DNA of 64,000 nt from Heterodontus francisci (Eukaryota). Positions 1 to 11,761 of the stretch are shown here, piece by piece. The stretch is taken from positions 56,336,091 to 56,400,090 of the forward strand of contig NC_090397.1 in NCBI RefSeq assembly GCF_036365525.1. Direction: 5' to 3'. A model generated the notes under the pieces. That model was not told where the DNA came from, searched no databases, and saw nothing but the letters and a program-made list of their open reading frames with translations. Position 1 is the stretch's first letter; each line of letters starts with the position of its first letter. Position numbers and translations under genes: made by a program.

Positions 1-870
1 GGGGCAAAGCCATGGACAGATTTGAAAGCAAGGATGGGTGTTTTAAAATTGAGGTGTTGCTTAACAGAGAGCCAATGTGGGTCAGCGAGCACAGGGATGA
101 GGAGTGAACGAAACTTGATGCAAGTAAGGACATGGATAGCAGAATTCTGGGTGACCTCAAGTTTATGGAGGGTGGAAGATGAGAGGCCAGCCAGGAGCGT
201 TTTGGAATAGTCTAGTCTAGAGGTAACAAAGGTACAGATGAGGGTTTCAGCATCAGATGAGCTAAAGCTAGGTGGAAATAGGCGGTCTTAGTGACGGTGC
301 AGATAAGTGGTCGGTAGCTCACCAATGGGTCAAATTTTTTTTTAATTTGTTCGTGGGATGTGTTGCCTATCCCTAATTGCCCTCGAGAAGGTGGTGGTGA
401 GCTGCCTTCTTGAACCGCTGGAGTCCTTGGATTGTAGGTACACCAATAGTGCTGTTAGGAAGGGAGTTCCAGAATTTTTACCAAGCAACAATGAAGGAAC
501 AGCGATGTAGCTCCAATTCAAGATGGTGTGTGGCTTGGAGCGGAACTTGCAGATGGTGGTGTTCCCAAGCATCTGCTGCCATTATCCTTCTACATGGTAG
601 AGGTCACGGGTTTGGAAGGTGCTGTCAAAAGGAGCCTTGGTGAGTTGTTGCAGTGCATCTTGTATATGGTACACACTGCTGCCACTGCGCACGGTGTAGA
701 GGGAGTGAATGTTGAAGGTATGACACCAAGGTTGCGAACAGTTTGGCTCAGCCTCAGACAACTGCCAGACAGAGGGATGGAGTCAATAGCTAGGGAATTG
801 AGTTTGTAGCGGAGATCGAAGGCAACTGTTTTGGTTTTCCCACTATTTAATTGGGACAGCCCGAGACACA
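1..870 (-). mobile_element. Decayed L2 LINE fragment interrupted at ~340-715 by the 3' end of a second CR1-group (Zenon-like) LINE
   Basis: Minus-strand AETLI..FVTSRLDYS..LLAGL (1-270) and QLN..KT...VRNLGV (716-870); the insert encodes AAVCTIYKMHC..SPRLL and has the A-rich 3' tail. Confidence 0.8.
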
Positions 871-1079
871 CAATGAATGCTATGTATTGCTATTTTTGCC
901 TCACTTTTTCCATTGTAAGGAATCAGGTAGGGAAGAGAGAAGGTTATATCCATTAGTGGTCAGATATAGAAAGTCACTGAGAAAAAGTCATAACTGCAAA
1001 ATGACCATGTCATGCTGGATACAAAAGAAGTAAAGATAAATAGTGAAACGTTATTATCTTGCAACATAGCTCCCGTTAC

Positions 1080-1270
1080 CTGGTGGAAAGAACATCGTTC
1101 CAATGATATGATGCTCTTTAATCTCTAATCTGGTGGTGCCAGGGGCCATATAAAAACGTTCTAATACAACTGATGCCAATACTGCCTGTTTGTCAAAATT
1201 ACTGGAAATCCATCCATTATACACAGAAATGGTGACCAAATATGGGACTGTAACATCCTTCTTCCTCAGC
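1080..1270 (-). CDS. Acyl-CoA thioesterase (type I ACOT/BAAT family) coding exon 4; gene continues beyond window start
   Basis: ttttag|G...CCA G|gtaacg; encodes (R)LRKKDVTVPYLVTISVYNGWISSNFDKQAVLASVVLERFYMAPGTTRLEIKEHHIIGTMFFPPG, matching the ACOT ER.YMAPG..R...GTLF.PPG motif; phase 2 in, phase 1 out. Confidence 0.93.
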
Positions 1271-2722
1271 CTAAAAGGTAAATTGACGTATGCAAAAATT
1301 ATAACATAGCTAAAAGTCAAAATAGAATTAAAAACGTGATGGCATACATTTTCCTGTTTTAGTAGAATTGGGCCTTTTGCCTGTCCCCATGCGATTTTTC
1401 TGCCCCGGGGCTATTTCTGAAACTCGGGCAGACTCACTTCCCTCAGTGGAGGAAGCCACATGCCATAAAGTTGGAGAATGGCTGCAGTAGACCTCAGAGT
1501 TCAGTTGTCACAGAATCACAGATTTGTTACACACACTGATACCAGTATAAAACAGAAAAATAATTTTTCTTTTCAATTCAACACTAAAGCTTGTGCAAGC
1601 AATTGCTCAGTGTTGTCCATGAGAATGCTGATACGAACTATTACACTGTTAAATTTCACAGCAGATGATCATATGGAGCAATAGTTATGATCAGATTCAC
1701 TTAATTCAACTAGTACAACATGCCTTCACATAATACAAAACAAATACACCTCACTACTCACTTCAATTGGTCATCTTACTTGACTTAAAAGTAAATTTCT
1801 AACTTCTATCTCTGGTATTTCTTCCTCCTCACAACCTATTGCTGCTTAACTGCCTCTTCCAAAAGCTTGTCTGCCCACCAATATTTGGAACCCTGCTTTA
1901 TTTCTGGCTACTCACAAATGAGGCTAAAACCTTCCATCACAACAGATGCAAGGTATTTTCTGATTACTGAAACTAGCTATCAAATTACTTATTACTTGCA
2001 GTCTGAGGAAACAAAAAAGACAGCTAATCAGCATTTTAATTACCTGTCTCAGACCCTCTTTTTGTCTTGCAGACATACATTATCCATTAAAAGGTTAAAA
2101 TACCTCCTCCCATCCCCAATTGTTTTTTTTTAAAAATGGCGCAAAGATTGCAAGCCATCAGAATTCTGACCATTTATCTCCAGCACCAGGATTTAAATCC
2201 AACCCATACTATGGAATTAAAATTTTCTATCTGTTGACTGTTTTAAATAAAGAAAGCTTTAGCTGACTCAATTATGCCCTGAGTGTAGATGGCCCCATTA
2301 GAGCAACACATATGGCAACTTCACCTCAGAATGATTGCTGTGTGAAATCAGAAAATTGTCAGTGGTATACTAGGAGGTATTGTGGGGTTGGGATTGAAGT
2401 ACAATATTTACGATGAGTAGAGCATGCTTCAAACTAGAAAACCATTTCTCAGCCAACTTGATTACAAAATTCACAACAAAAAAAAATAGGATTTATTTTT
2501 GTTATATGGAGATTACTAAAATGAAAATAAAATAAGGACAAAAAGAAGTAAGCACAGACAGAAAAGGTTTTCTTCCAATTTATAAAAATGGTCACAGGTT
2601 TATTTGCTTCCAAAAAGTTAAGAAAAACGCACAAATATAAAACAAATATAAATATAAGCAGTTCCCTATTTTCTAACAGATCAATATGGGTTAATGCCCA
2701 AAGCATTTTAGAAACAGTGTAC

Positions 2723-2822
2723 CTCATTGAAGGACGACTACCAGGTGCAAGCATCATGCTCCATATTAAGCCCATCGGTTCCCGGCCAGTGTAAGTGCCT
2801 CCCAACGATTCATCTCTGGTGA
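2723..2822 (-). CDS. ACOT/BAAT-family coding exon 3
   Basis: gttcag|TC...ATG AG|gtacac; encodes VTRDESLGGTYTGREPMGLIWSMMLAPGSRPSMR, containing the ACOT/BAAT N-domain signature GG.Y.G.EPMGL.WS; phases match both neighbouring exons. Confidence 0.93.
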
Positions 2823-2974
2823 CTGAACAATACCATTAAAGGATGTTTACAGTAGGCTTCTGTTAATGACATTTCTATCTAGATACTGAATACTATTCAG
2901 GTGAATATATTTTTAAAAATCACACTTTTTAAACATAAGGCATTTAGCAAATGTTACAAAAGTTAAAGGTTACA

Positions 2975-3760
2975 TAATTAATAGAGGCAAGTAACATTCA
3001 CACCACACAAGTGCCAGCAAGGACAATCTCAAACAAGAGAGAATCTAACCATCTCCCCTTGAGTTCAATGAGATTACCATCACTGAATCCCCTATCAACA
3101 TCCTGGGGGTTACCAATGACCAGAAACTGAACTGGACCAGCCACATAAATACTGTGGCTACAAGAGTAGGTCAGAGGCAGGAATTCTACAGTGACTAACC
3201 CACTTCCTGACTCCCCAAAGCTTGTCTACCATCTACAAGTCAGGAGTGTAATGGAATACTCTCCACTTGTCTGGATGAGTGCTGCTCTAACACTCAGGAA
3301 GCTTGACACCATCCAAGTCAAAGCAGCCCGCTTGATTGGCACCCCATCCACCAACTTAAAACATTCACTCTCTCCACCACTGCGCACAGCAGCAACAGTG
3401 TGTACCATATACAAGATGCAGCAATTCATCACACCTCCTTCAACAGCACATTCCAAACCCATATCCTCTTCCGTCTAGAAGGATAAGGGCAGCAGATGGA
3501 TGGGAACACCGCCATCTGCAAGTTCCCCTCCAAGCCACACACCATCCCGACTTGGAAATATATCGCTGTTCCTTCACTGTCGCTGGATCAAAATTCTGGA
3601 ACTCCCTTCCTAACAGCACTGTCTGCATAGCCACACCAGATGGATTGCAGTAGTTCACGGCGGCGGCTCACCACCACCTTCTCAAGGGTAATTAGGGATG
3701 GACAATAAATGCTGGCCTTGCCAGCAATGCCCACATTCCATGAAACGAATAAATAAACAA
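2975..3760 (+). mobile_element. CR1-group (Zenon-like) LINE 3' fragment
   Basis: QVRSVMEYSPLVWMSAA..LRKLDTIQVKAARLIG; 3' end agggtaattagggatggacaataaatgctggccttgccagcaatgcccacattccatgaaacgaataaa. Confidence 0.85.
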
Positions 3761-4226
3761 AATCTCCCTTTTCTTCAATTGGCTTGGAATCAATTACATT
3801 AACAATTTCAGTGAAAGCTTTTCTAGATTCATACAAGGCCCAATAAGTCAAGATATTTAAATTGCGTGTAATTTTTCATTCCAACTGTTCTTTTCTAATT
3901 TCTCCCTATTTGACCCTTGCAGGTTGTAAGGGCAATCCTGACTGACATATTATGGAAGAAAAGCCTGCACAAAAAGTCTTCTGGCCAGAATCAATGCAGA
4001 GAAGGACAGAGGAGATGATGTGTAAATTTCTAAAACATAGGGTATATATCAAAAATTACAAAATTTGTAACATCAAGATGGCATCAACTATAGTTGGGGA
4101 TGGGGGTGCGTTCAGAGACGGTCCGCAATCCACTCGTCCTTGAGAGTTAAAGCCCTCTTCAATGTTTCAATGAGAAGAAATTACTTTGTAAAGGTAAAAG
4201 TTGCATAGTAACTTAGTTGCACAAAC

Positions 4227-4427
4227 CTCGGACAATTCCCTCTGAATCACTGACATAGTGAGCATACGCCTCCCACCAGTCGGCTTCCTCAGACAGCAGC
4301 CTTGATTGCAATGTGACTTGTTGGTTGGGCACTAAATGTACAATCTCAAGCTTTACTGGCTCATCTATAAGTCCCCTTGTCGGTTCCACTTTGATCATGG
4401 GTGCCACACTGTAACTTCTCACAGCAC
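4227..4427 (-). CDS. ACOT/BAAT-family coding exon 2
   Basis: aatctag|GT GCT...CGA G|gtttgt; encodes GAVRSYSVAPMIKVEPTRGLIDEPVKLEIVHLVPNQQVTLQSRLLSEEADWWEAYAHYVSDSEGIVR, the typical N-terminal domain (P.RGL.DEPV...L.P.Q.VTL...A.Y.SD..G). Confidence 0.93.
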
Positions 4428-4571
4428 CTAGATTTTAAAAAAAAGTGCATACAGGCAGGTCTGTGTATACTCTAGTAATAGAAATAAATTTTAAAACAAT
4501 TCAACTTCCACCAACTGAATCTGATCATGTAGAATGATAATTTGCATGTCTGGTGCAATGAACCAATCAGC

Positions 4572-7500
4572 AAAAACAACTTACATTTATACAGCGCACT
4601 TTATATAGTGCACTTAATGTAACGAAACATCCCAATGTGCTTCACAAGAACATTACCAAACAAAATCTGACACCAAGCAACATTAGGAGATATTAGTTCA
4701 GGTGACCATAAACCTAATGAAAGAGGTAGGTTTTCAGGAGTGTCTTAAAGGTGAGAGGTGTAGAGATTCAAATCGGGAATGCACAAATGGCCAGTACTGA
4801 AGGAGCGCAGAGGGTTGCAGAGCATTACAGAGATAGGGAGGGGCGAAGACACAGGGGGATTTGGAAACAAGGATAAGAATTTTAAAAATTGAAGCATTGC
4901 CAGACCTGGAGTCAATGTAGGTAAACAATCAAAGGGAGAATGGGTTAATGGCACTCAGTGAGAGTTAAGATACGGGCAGCAGAGATTTGGAAGGGTGAAA
5001 GTTTAAGAAGGGTGGAAGATGGGATGGTGGCCAGGAGAGCAATGGAATAGTTACGTTTAGAGGTAACAAAGGCATGGATGCGTGTTTCAGCAGTAGGTGA
5101 GCTAGGGCATGGGCTGAGACGGGTGATGTTATGGAGGTGGAGGAGCAGGTGAAGTAGGAAATTCATTTCGGTTACAAATGTTCTAGTTCAGCCTCAGACA
5201 AACACTAGGGAGAGGGTTGGAGTCGGTGGCTAGGGAACAGAGTCTGTGGCTAGGGAACAGAGTCTGTGGTGGGAACCGCAGACAATGGCTTTGCTCTTCC
5301 CAATATTTAGTTGGAAGAAGTCCTGCTCATGCAGGAATGGATATCAGAGAATCAGCCAGACAAATCACAAACAATGGGGGGGGGGGGGCGGGCGAGAGAG
5401 GTGGTGGTGAGGTAGACCTGGATGTTGTCAGCATACATGTGGAACCTGGTGCTGTGTTTTTGAATGATTAAGTCGAGGGTCAGCATGAAGAGGAGAGATA
5501 GGAGGGAGCTAAGAGAAGATCCTTAGAGCACTTCAGAAGTTAACATTGCAGGAGCAGGAAGAGACGCAATTGCAAGTGATTCTTGGGCTATGACAGGATA
5601 GGTAAGAATGGAACCAGTGTGTCTAGCCCGACCTAGTTGGATGACAATGGAGAGGCGTGGGGGGGGGGGGGGGGGGGGGTGTGGACGATAGCCTGGTCAA
5701 TTGCGTGAAAGGCTGCAGACAGGTCAAGAAGTATGAGGAGGGATTGTTTACCATGTTCACACTGACACAGGATGTCATTTGTGACATTAATAAAGGATGT
5801 TTCACTGCTTTGCAGGGGTGAAAACCTGATTGGAGGAATTCAAACATGAAGCTACAGGAAAGATGGGAACAAGTTTGGGAGCAACAAGACATTCAAGGAC
5901 TTTGGAGAGAAAAGAGAGATTGGAGATGGGCAGTAGTTTGCAAGGACGGAGAGGTCAAGGGTGGGTTTTTTGAAGAAGTGGTGATGACAACAGATTTTTT
6001 TTATTTGTTCACAGCATGCGAGCATGCTAGCAAGGCCAGCATTTATTGCCCATCCCTATTTGCCCTTGAGAGGGTGGTGGTGTGCCACATTCTTTAAACA
6101 ACGCAGTCCATCTTGAGTAGGTACATCCACAGTGCTGTCGAGTTCCAGGATTTTGACCCAGAGACAGCGAAGGAACTGCAATACAGTTCCAAGTCAGGAT
6201 GGTGTGTGACTTGGAGTGGAACTTGCAGGTGATGGTGTTCCCATGCACCTGCTGTCCTTGTCCTTCCAGGTGGTAGAGGTCACGGGTTTGGAAGGTGCTG
6301 TTGAAGAAGCCATGGCAAGCTGCTGCAGTGCATCTTGTAGATGGTACACACTGCTGCCACTGTGCACTGGTGGTGGAGGGAGTGAATGTCTAAGGTGATG
6401 GCTGGGGTGCCAATCAAGCGGGTTGCTTTGACCTGGATGGTGTCAAACTTATCGAATGTTGTTGGAGCTGCACTCATCCAGACAAGTGGAGAGTATTCCA
6501 TCACATTCCTGGCCTATGCCTTATAGATGGGGGACGGGCTTCAGGGAGTCAAGAAGTGAGTTACTCACAACAGAATTCCCAGCCTCTGAACTTTTCTTGT
6601 AGACTATTTACATGGCTGGTCAGTTAAGCTTCTGGTCGATGGAAACGCCCAGTTGTTGATGGTGGAGCATTCAGCGATGATAATGCTATTGAATGTCAAG
6701 GGGAGGTAGTTTGATTCTGTCTTGTTGGAGATGCTCATTGCCTGGCACTTGAATGGTGCAACTGTTACTTGCCACTCATCAGCCCAACCCTGAATATTGT
6801 CTAGGTCTTCCTGCATGCAGACATGGACAGCGTCATTACCTGAGCAGTTGAAAATGGTACTGAACACTGCAATCATTAGCAAACATTTCCATTTCTGACC
6901 TTGTGTTGGAGGGCAGGTCATTGATGAAGCAGTTGAATATGGATGGGCCTAGGTCACCACACTGAGGAACGACTGCAGTGATGTCCTAGGGCTGAGATGA
7001 TTGGCCTCCAAAAACCACAACCATCTTCCTTTGTGCTAGGCATGATTCTAACCAGTGGAGTGTTTTTCCCTCGATTCCCATTGACTTCAACTTTGCTAGG
7101 GCTCCTTAATGCCACACGGTTAAATGCTGCCTTGATGTCAAGGGCAATCACTCTCACCCCACCTCTAGGAGTTCAGCTCTTTCGTCCATGTTTGGACCAA
7201 AGCTGTAATGAGGTCTGGAGTCAAGTGGCCCTGGTGGAACCCTAAATGAGTATTTGAATGGGAGGGGGGGTAGTACCTGAGAGGAGGAAACCATTAGCAG
7301 TATCAGCTAACATGGGCACAAAAGCAAAATACCGTGAATTCTGTGAAATAAAAACAGAAAATGCTGGAAGTACTCAGCAGGTCAGGCAGCAGCTGTAGAG
7401 AGAAACAGTTAATGTTTCAGATTCTGCCTGACTTGCTCAGCATTTCCAGCATTTTCTTTTTTTATTGCAGCTAACATGGGCATTAGGAAGTGAAGTTGGG

Positions 7501-7580
7501 TAGTCAGCAGTTTAGTGCGAATAAGGTCCAGCAAGCAGGAGGTGGGTCTCATGAACAAGATGCATTACGAGAGGGAAAAG
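4572..7580 (-). mobile_element. Decayed L2 LINE with nested Zenon-like LINE (~6000-7245) and Penelope mini-insertion (7319-7467)
   Basis: AETRIHAFVTSK.NYS.ALLA and QSGF.PC motifs; L2-type 3' tail at ~4575-4650; the nested element has RVIALDIKAAF and MMEYSPLVWMSAAPTT. Confidence 0.8.
7319..7467. mobile_element. Penelope pLTR-derived foldback mini-element with 15-bp TSD
   Basis: TSD cagctaacatgggca at 7304-7318 and 7468-7482; inverted copies of the Penelope 3' end (aaatgctggaa...ttccagcattt). Confidence 0.8.
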
Positions 7581-7639
7581 TCTCAAGAACTGCTACAGGA
7601 CACAAAGGGTCACAGATTGTTCAAAAATAACAATTTGCA

Positions 7640-8600
7640 AACAGAGTTGTTTCAGTTCAATTAGCTTGGGAATGGCCTGCATGCAACTAACATTTTCTAG
7701 CCTCTTATCTCCGGGCATAATCTTTCTGAATCTAACCACTATGCTTCAATGTCTGTTCTATAATGGGGTCCCAAAATTGCCACTGTATTCTAACTACGGT
7801 TTAACTTGTACAAATTTATTACCTCTTTGCTCATTTGGCTATACTAAATACGATTGGCCTTTTTAATGACTTTCAAGGAATTATGTATTGGCACTGTTAG
7901 TCACTCAGCTCTTCACATTTTTTGTACATCTCAACTGATTTATATCCCAATCTTTGTTTCATTTATCAAAATGCATTAAACTCACACTTCATGCATTAAA
8001 TTCTATCTACCACTAGTTTGCCCATTCCATTATCCTATCTATATCCTCCTGATATTTTTACAAGAGCCCTCCTAACCTGCAGTTAAAATTTTCAATACTA
8101 TGATCCCTATGCTCCTATGGTCTATCAGTCTGAATAACACCCATTAATCCTAAAGCTTTATATCCTGTCTCCCAATTTCTTACCTATTCTGCTGCATTTC
8201 CTCTTATATGATATGCCTGGAATTTTGTAACAAGCCTTTTGTGAGATGCTGTCTGAAAATCTGTTTACACTATATCTACTGCATTACCTTTATCTATACA
8301 ATCAGCACACGTGCAAAAAGCTTTCTTAAATTTGTCCAAACAAGGCTGTCCTTGATTATCGAACATATTCTGAAATGCTGACTAATTTGATTTCAAATCA
8401 TGAATTCTAATTTATGACTCTAACAGATATATAGTTCGCCAGTTTATCCTACGCTTCTTTGGATTGAAAAATTGTGATCAGAATCTCTGCTATCTCCTCT
8501 ATAACCTTTTTCAAGAGCTTAGGGCTCATGCCATCAGGTTCCAATGATTTGTTCACTTGAGTTCTGCTAAAATTTTCAGAACCAAATCCTTTTCTAGTTA
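7640..8600 (-). mobile_element. Old, highly diverged CR1 RT fragment
   Basis: Minus-strand KSLEPDGMSPKLLKKV.EEIAEIL.TIFQS and D.V..DF..  remnants. Confidence 0.6.
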
Positions 8601-9302
8601 CTTTTAATACTTGTACGCACACACTTTTCCAGAACACATACATATGATTTCAATGAAAATAACATTCTGTAGGTGTAAAATGGGCTGCCAATTCTTTGTT
8701 GCCCATTTAGTGCTACCGACAAAGTTAAATTTTACCCCTATTGTATCCTAATGAATATATGAGAAAGTAATATTTTCTGAGGAAGACTTAAATGGAAATG
8801 TGGGTTGAATTAACATCCTGAAGCTTTGATAAGTCTGCCTTTAGAAATCATGGAATATTTACGTGGAACTCCTTAGTATACTGAAGAAGTGATTATGGTA
8901 AACAACACAGCAGAATATACATGGTCTGTGAAAGGAGTAACTTTTTTTTTTCATTTGTGCTTTTTATAGATATAGTAACTATAATGCTTTAGGTCACACT
9001 TTCATTAATTTGACCTATTTATGTTGGGGGAGAGGTTATTGAACAGCAGTTCCTTAACAGTCATTGATAGTGATAGAACCCCAACACAATGATTTCAGTA
9101 AATTGGGATTTTAAAAAGTTATTTTAGAAACAGCAGTATTCTGCTGGTGTTGCCTTTCCCAGCACGGACAATAGCAAACCATACATTATACAAAATAATT
9201 GACAAGTAGACTACAGACCCAAAAACCAAACACAGATAATATCCATCACTGTGCACTTAATCTAAAAAGGTTACAATAGTAACATAGAATATAATACTGT
9301 AC

Positions 9303-9396
9303 CTGAAGAGAGCTGTCTTCCAATAGAAGGTATCATCTTGCGGCTACCATTAGAATAGCATCCGCTAATGAATCTTTGCATCCAAAAGTATTTCAT
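9303..9396 (-). CDS. ACOT/BAAT-family first coding exon (presequence); whole exon 9303-9435
   Basis: ttcacag| acceptor at 9436, in-frame TAA two codons before ATG, MKYFWMQRFISGCYSNGSRKMIPSIGRQLSS G|gtacag; phase 1 joins the 4427 exon in frame. Confidence 0.75.
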
Positions 9397-10258
9397 AACT
9401 TAATAGATTAAGCAGTGAAGCCAAGAAAAGTGCAACTGTGAAAATATCCAAATAGGAGTAAAATATCTAACAATAATGATCAAAGTTAAAAATCACTAGC
9501 TCTATATGTTGACTTGCTACAAGCATCACTTGTCTTTGGCTGATCTACACAATTCTAGGGCATAAATGAATAACTCTGAATGCATAACCTATGTACAAGT
9601 TTCTTGGTCACATTTTAAACAGAACTACCAAAGCAGAAAAATATGCTAAAAGTGACTAAAATGATGTTTCCTAGTGGCAACAGGTGCCAGAATTCTGATG
9701 GGAACAGAAATCTTTATTTCTCATCCTAAGTTCTGCCTGGTCTTGCTCCTGGTACGCGCTTGCATTCTCTGCAATGATCCAGGATTGGTCCCCTGGCTTA
9801 ATTTCAAGTCGAGCATTTACCACTTTTCAACTTATGTCTGAACTTTCTATTTATGTAATGCAACCTTTCTATAGTAAAAGAGATTTTATCAGCATCAATG
9901 CACAGATAAGATCTCTGTTATATATAAAAAGCAGTGACAGCAACATTCCATTGGTAGTGCGCGCGCAGATGGTGTTGTGATGGTCATGTTATGTGACCCA
10001 CTGAATGCAGTGTGGTTTGACTAATCTCATGTGGCTGTCAACTATACTTTTCAATCTTCATGCTGTTCCTAGCCTGTACCAGCAGTTGTCACAAATGCCT
10101 ATGCCCAAAGTGCTTCAACCACGGTGTATCTGAATATGGATGACAGGAACTAATGGTAAAACATCCAAAATCACTGAACTATTTATAATTAATCCCTCAA
10201 TTATGTATCAGATACCAGATCCATAGCCATGTCTTTCCCCCAACTGTCCTATTCACAG

Positions 10259-11115
10259 TGTTACGCCTGACCGCTCCTGTCAAAGCCCCCAAATAAAATA
10301 TACGATTCTGACTGTGGTTGGACCAACTGTTAATTCAATCGCGTCATTCCACAGATCGGCTAACATATCACTTAAAAACTTTCCCCAGCCAAATTGTACC
10401 ATCTATTAACACCCCCGAAGGAGGCTAACCAAACCAGGTGTCTTTAAATCAACAAATTAACTCTTTAATTAGACGAACTAAATTCTTAAACACTATGAAG
10501 AAATAAACAACATTTAAAAATAGAAAAAATTAGAGACCTTGCAAATTTACAGTCCAATGTTGCTCGAAGTCCTCACAGGATGTTGCTTTCCTTCCCCAGC
10601 GAATTTCAACAATTAACGATTTGCAAACACTTTCAACAGAATCAGTCTGACTTTAGAGTTTATGAGGGATAAAAGATTGTCACAGTTAACCCCCCTTTCT
10701 TCAATTTAAATTACCAGAGATCTCTGTCTTGGCTTGATGTTTTAGAATTTTGAGAGATAATAATTAAACAGACTAAAACCCTCTTCCTTCAGTTTAAATG
10801 GTTGAGAGCTCTTTTTCAGGTGTGCTTATCACAGCTGTGTCCTCTGTGTCTGTTAGAACAAACTGTCTTCAACTCATAAGCCAGTTCAAAATTGAATTGT
10901 AACAAATGTATCGCATCAGGCTCACTCCCAGTGGCTATAGCTATGGTAACGAGAATGCACTCTTTGAATCACAGTCTCCAAATGCCTGTTTCTAAGGCAA
11001 CGAAAATGCACCTTCCTATAACTCCTGAGGCTTGCTGATTCTTAAGCAATACTGATCCCTTGCGAGCCTTAAAGGCAAACCACATATTCCGAATAAAAAC
11101 TACAGGACCATGACA
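10259..11115 (-). mobile_element. Solo LTR
   Basis: TG...CA termini (tgttacg...catgaca) flanked by 4-bp TSD acag (10255-10258, 11116-11119); strand inferred from the ...taaca ending shared with the other LTRs. Confidence 0.75.
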
Positions 11116-11761
11116 ACAGCCACACGCCAATAAAGTCTTGGACCATCATTGGATTAGCTTTGAATCATCTTCCTTTTTCATCAGCTGAAGCTTTCCCTCT
11201 ATTGTGATCAATGAAGTCCTGGACTGGGCCTGTCCCATTTCTCATGCATCTCCCCTTCTCCGTCCTGTTACAATCATGATACAGTCCCCCTAATCCTTGC
11301 CTTACATTCCAACAGCTTCCTCATTTGCTATATCAACTTTTGCCATTTCCACCATCTACATGATCCAAGCATGTCTTGCTCCCCGCCCCCCCTCCCCCCA
11401 CACCCACTTTCCAGAGGATTATTCCTTACACCTTGGCTCACTTTCCCACCATCTGTACTTACAGCTGCCCTACCTCTGACATCTTCCTGTGCATAACCAG
11501 AAAATGCACTACACCCCTCCTCCTCCCACACCACTGTCCAGAACCCCAACTGTATCTTCTATTTGATGCAGTAATTCACTTGTTCTTCTTCAAATCTACT
11601 AGATAGCATTTGATTTCCTTTACAATGAAAATGTGGCTGCTTTGTTAAACAAATATCTAATGACTGCCACTGCAACCATGAGCTACCTGACCGCTTTGAT
11701 ATTAGCCTTGTTCCAACAAAGCTCAATGCAGTTTCAAGGAAAGAACAACCTTGCATTCATA

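Noticed and set aside
2165-2400. LF-SINE-like ancient element in the ACOT intron
   Set aside because: Only patchy resemblance from memory; needs a profile search
5375-5680. Poly-G runs
   Set aside because: Simple homopolymer expansions within L2; length may be a sequencing artefact
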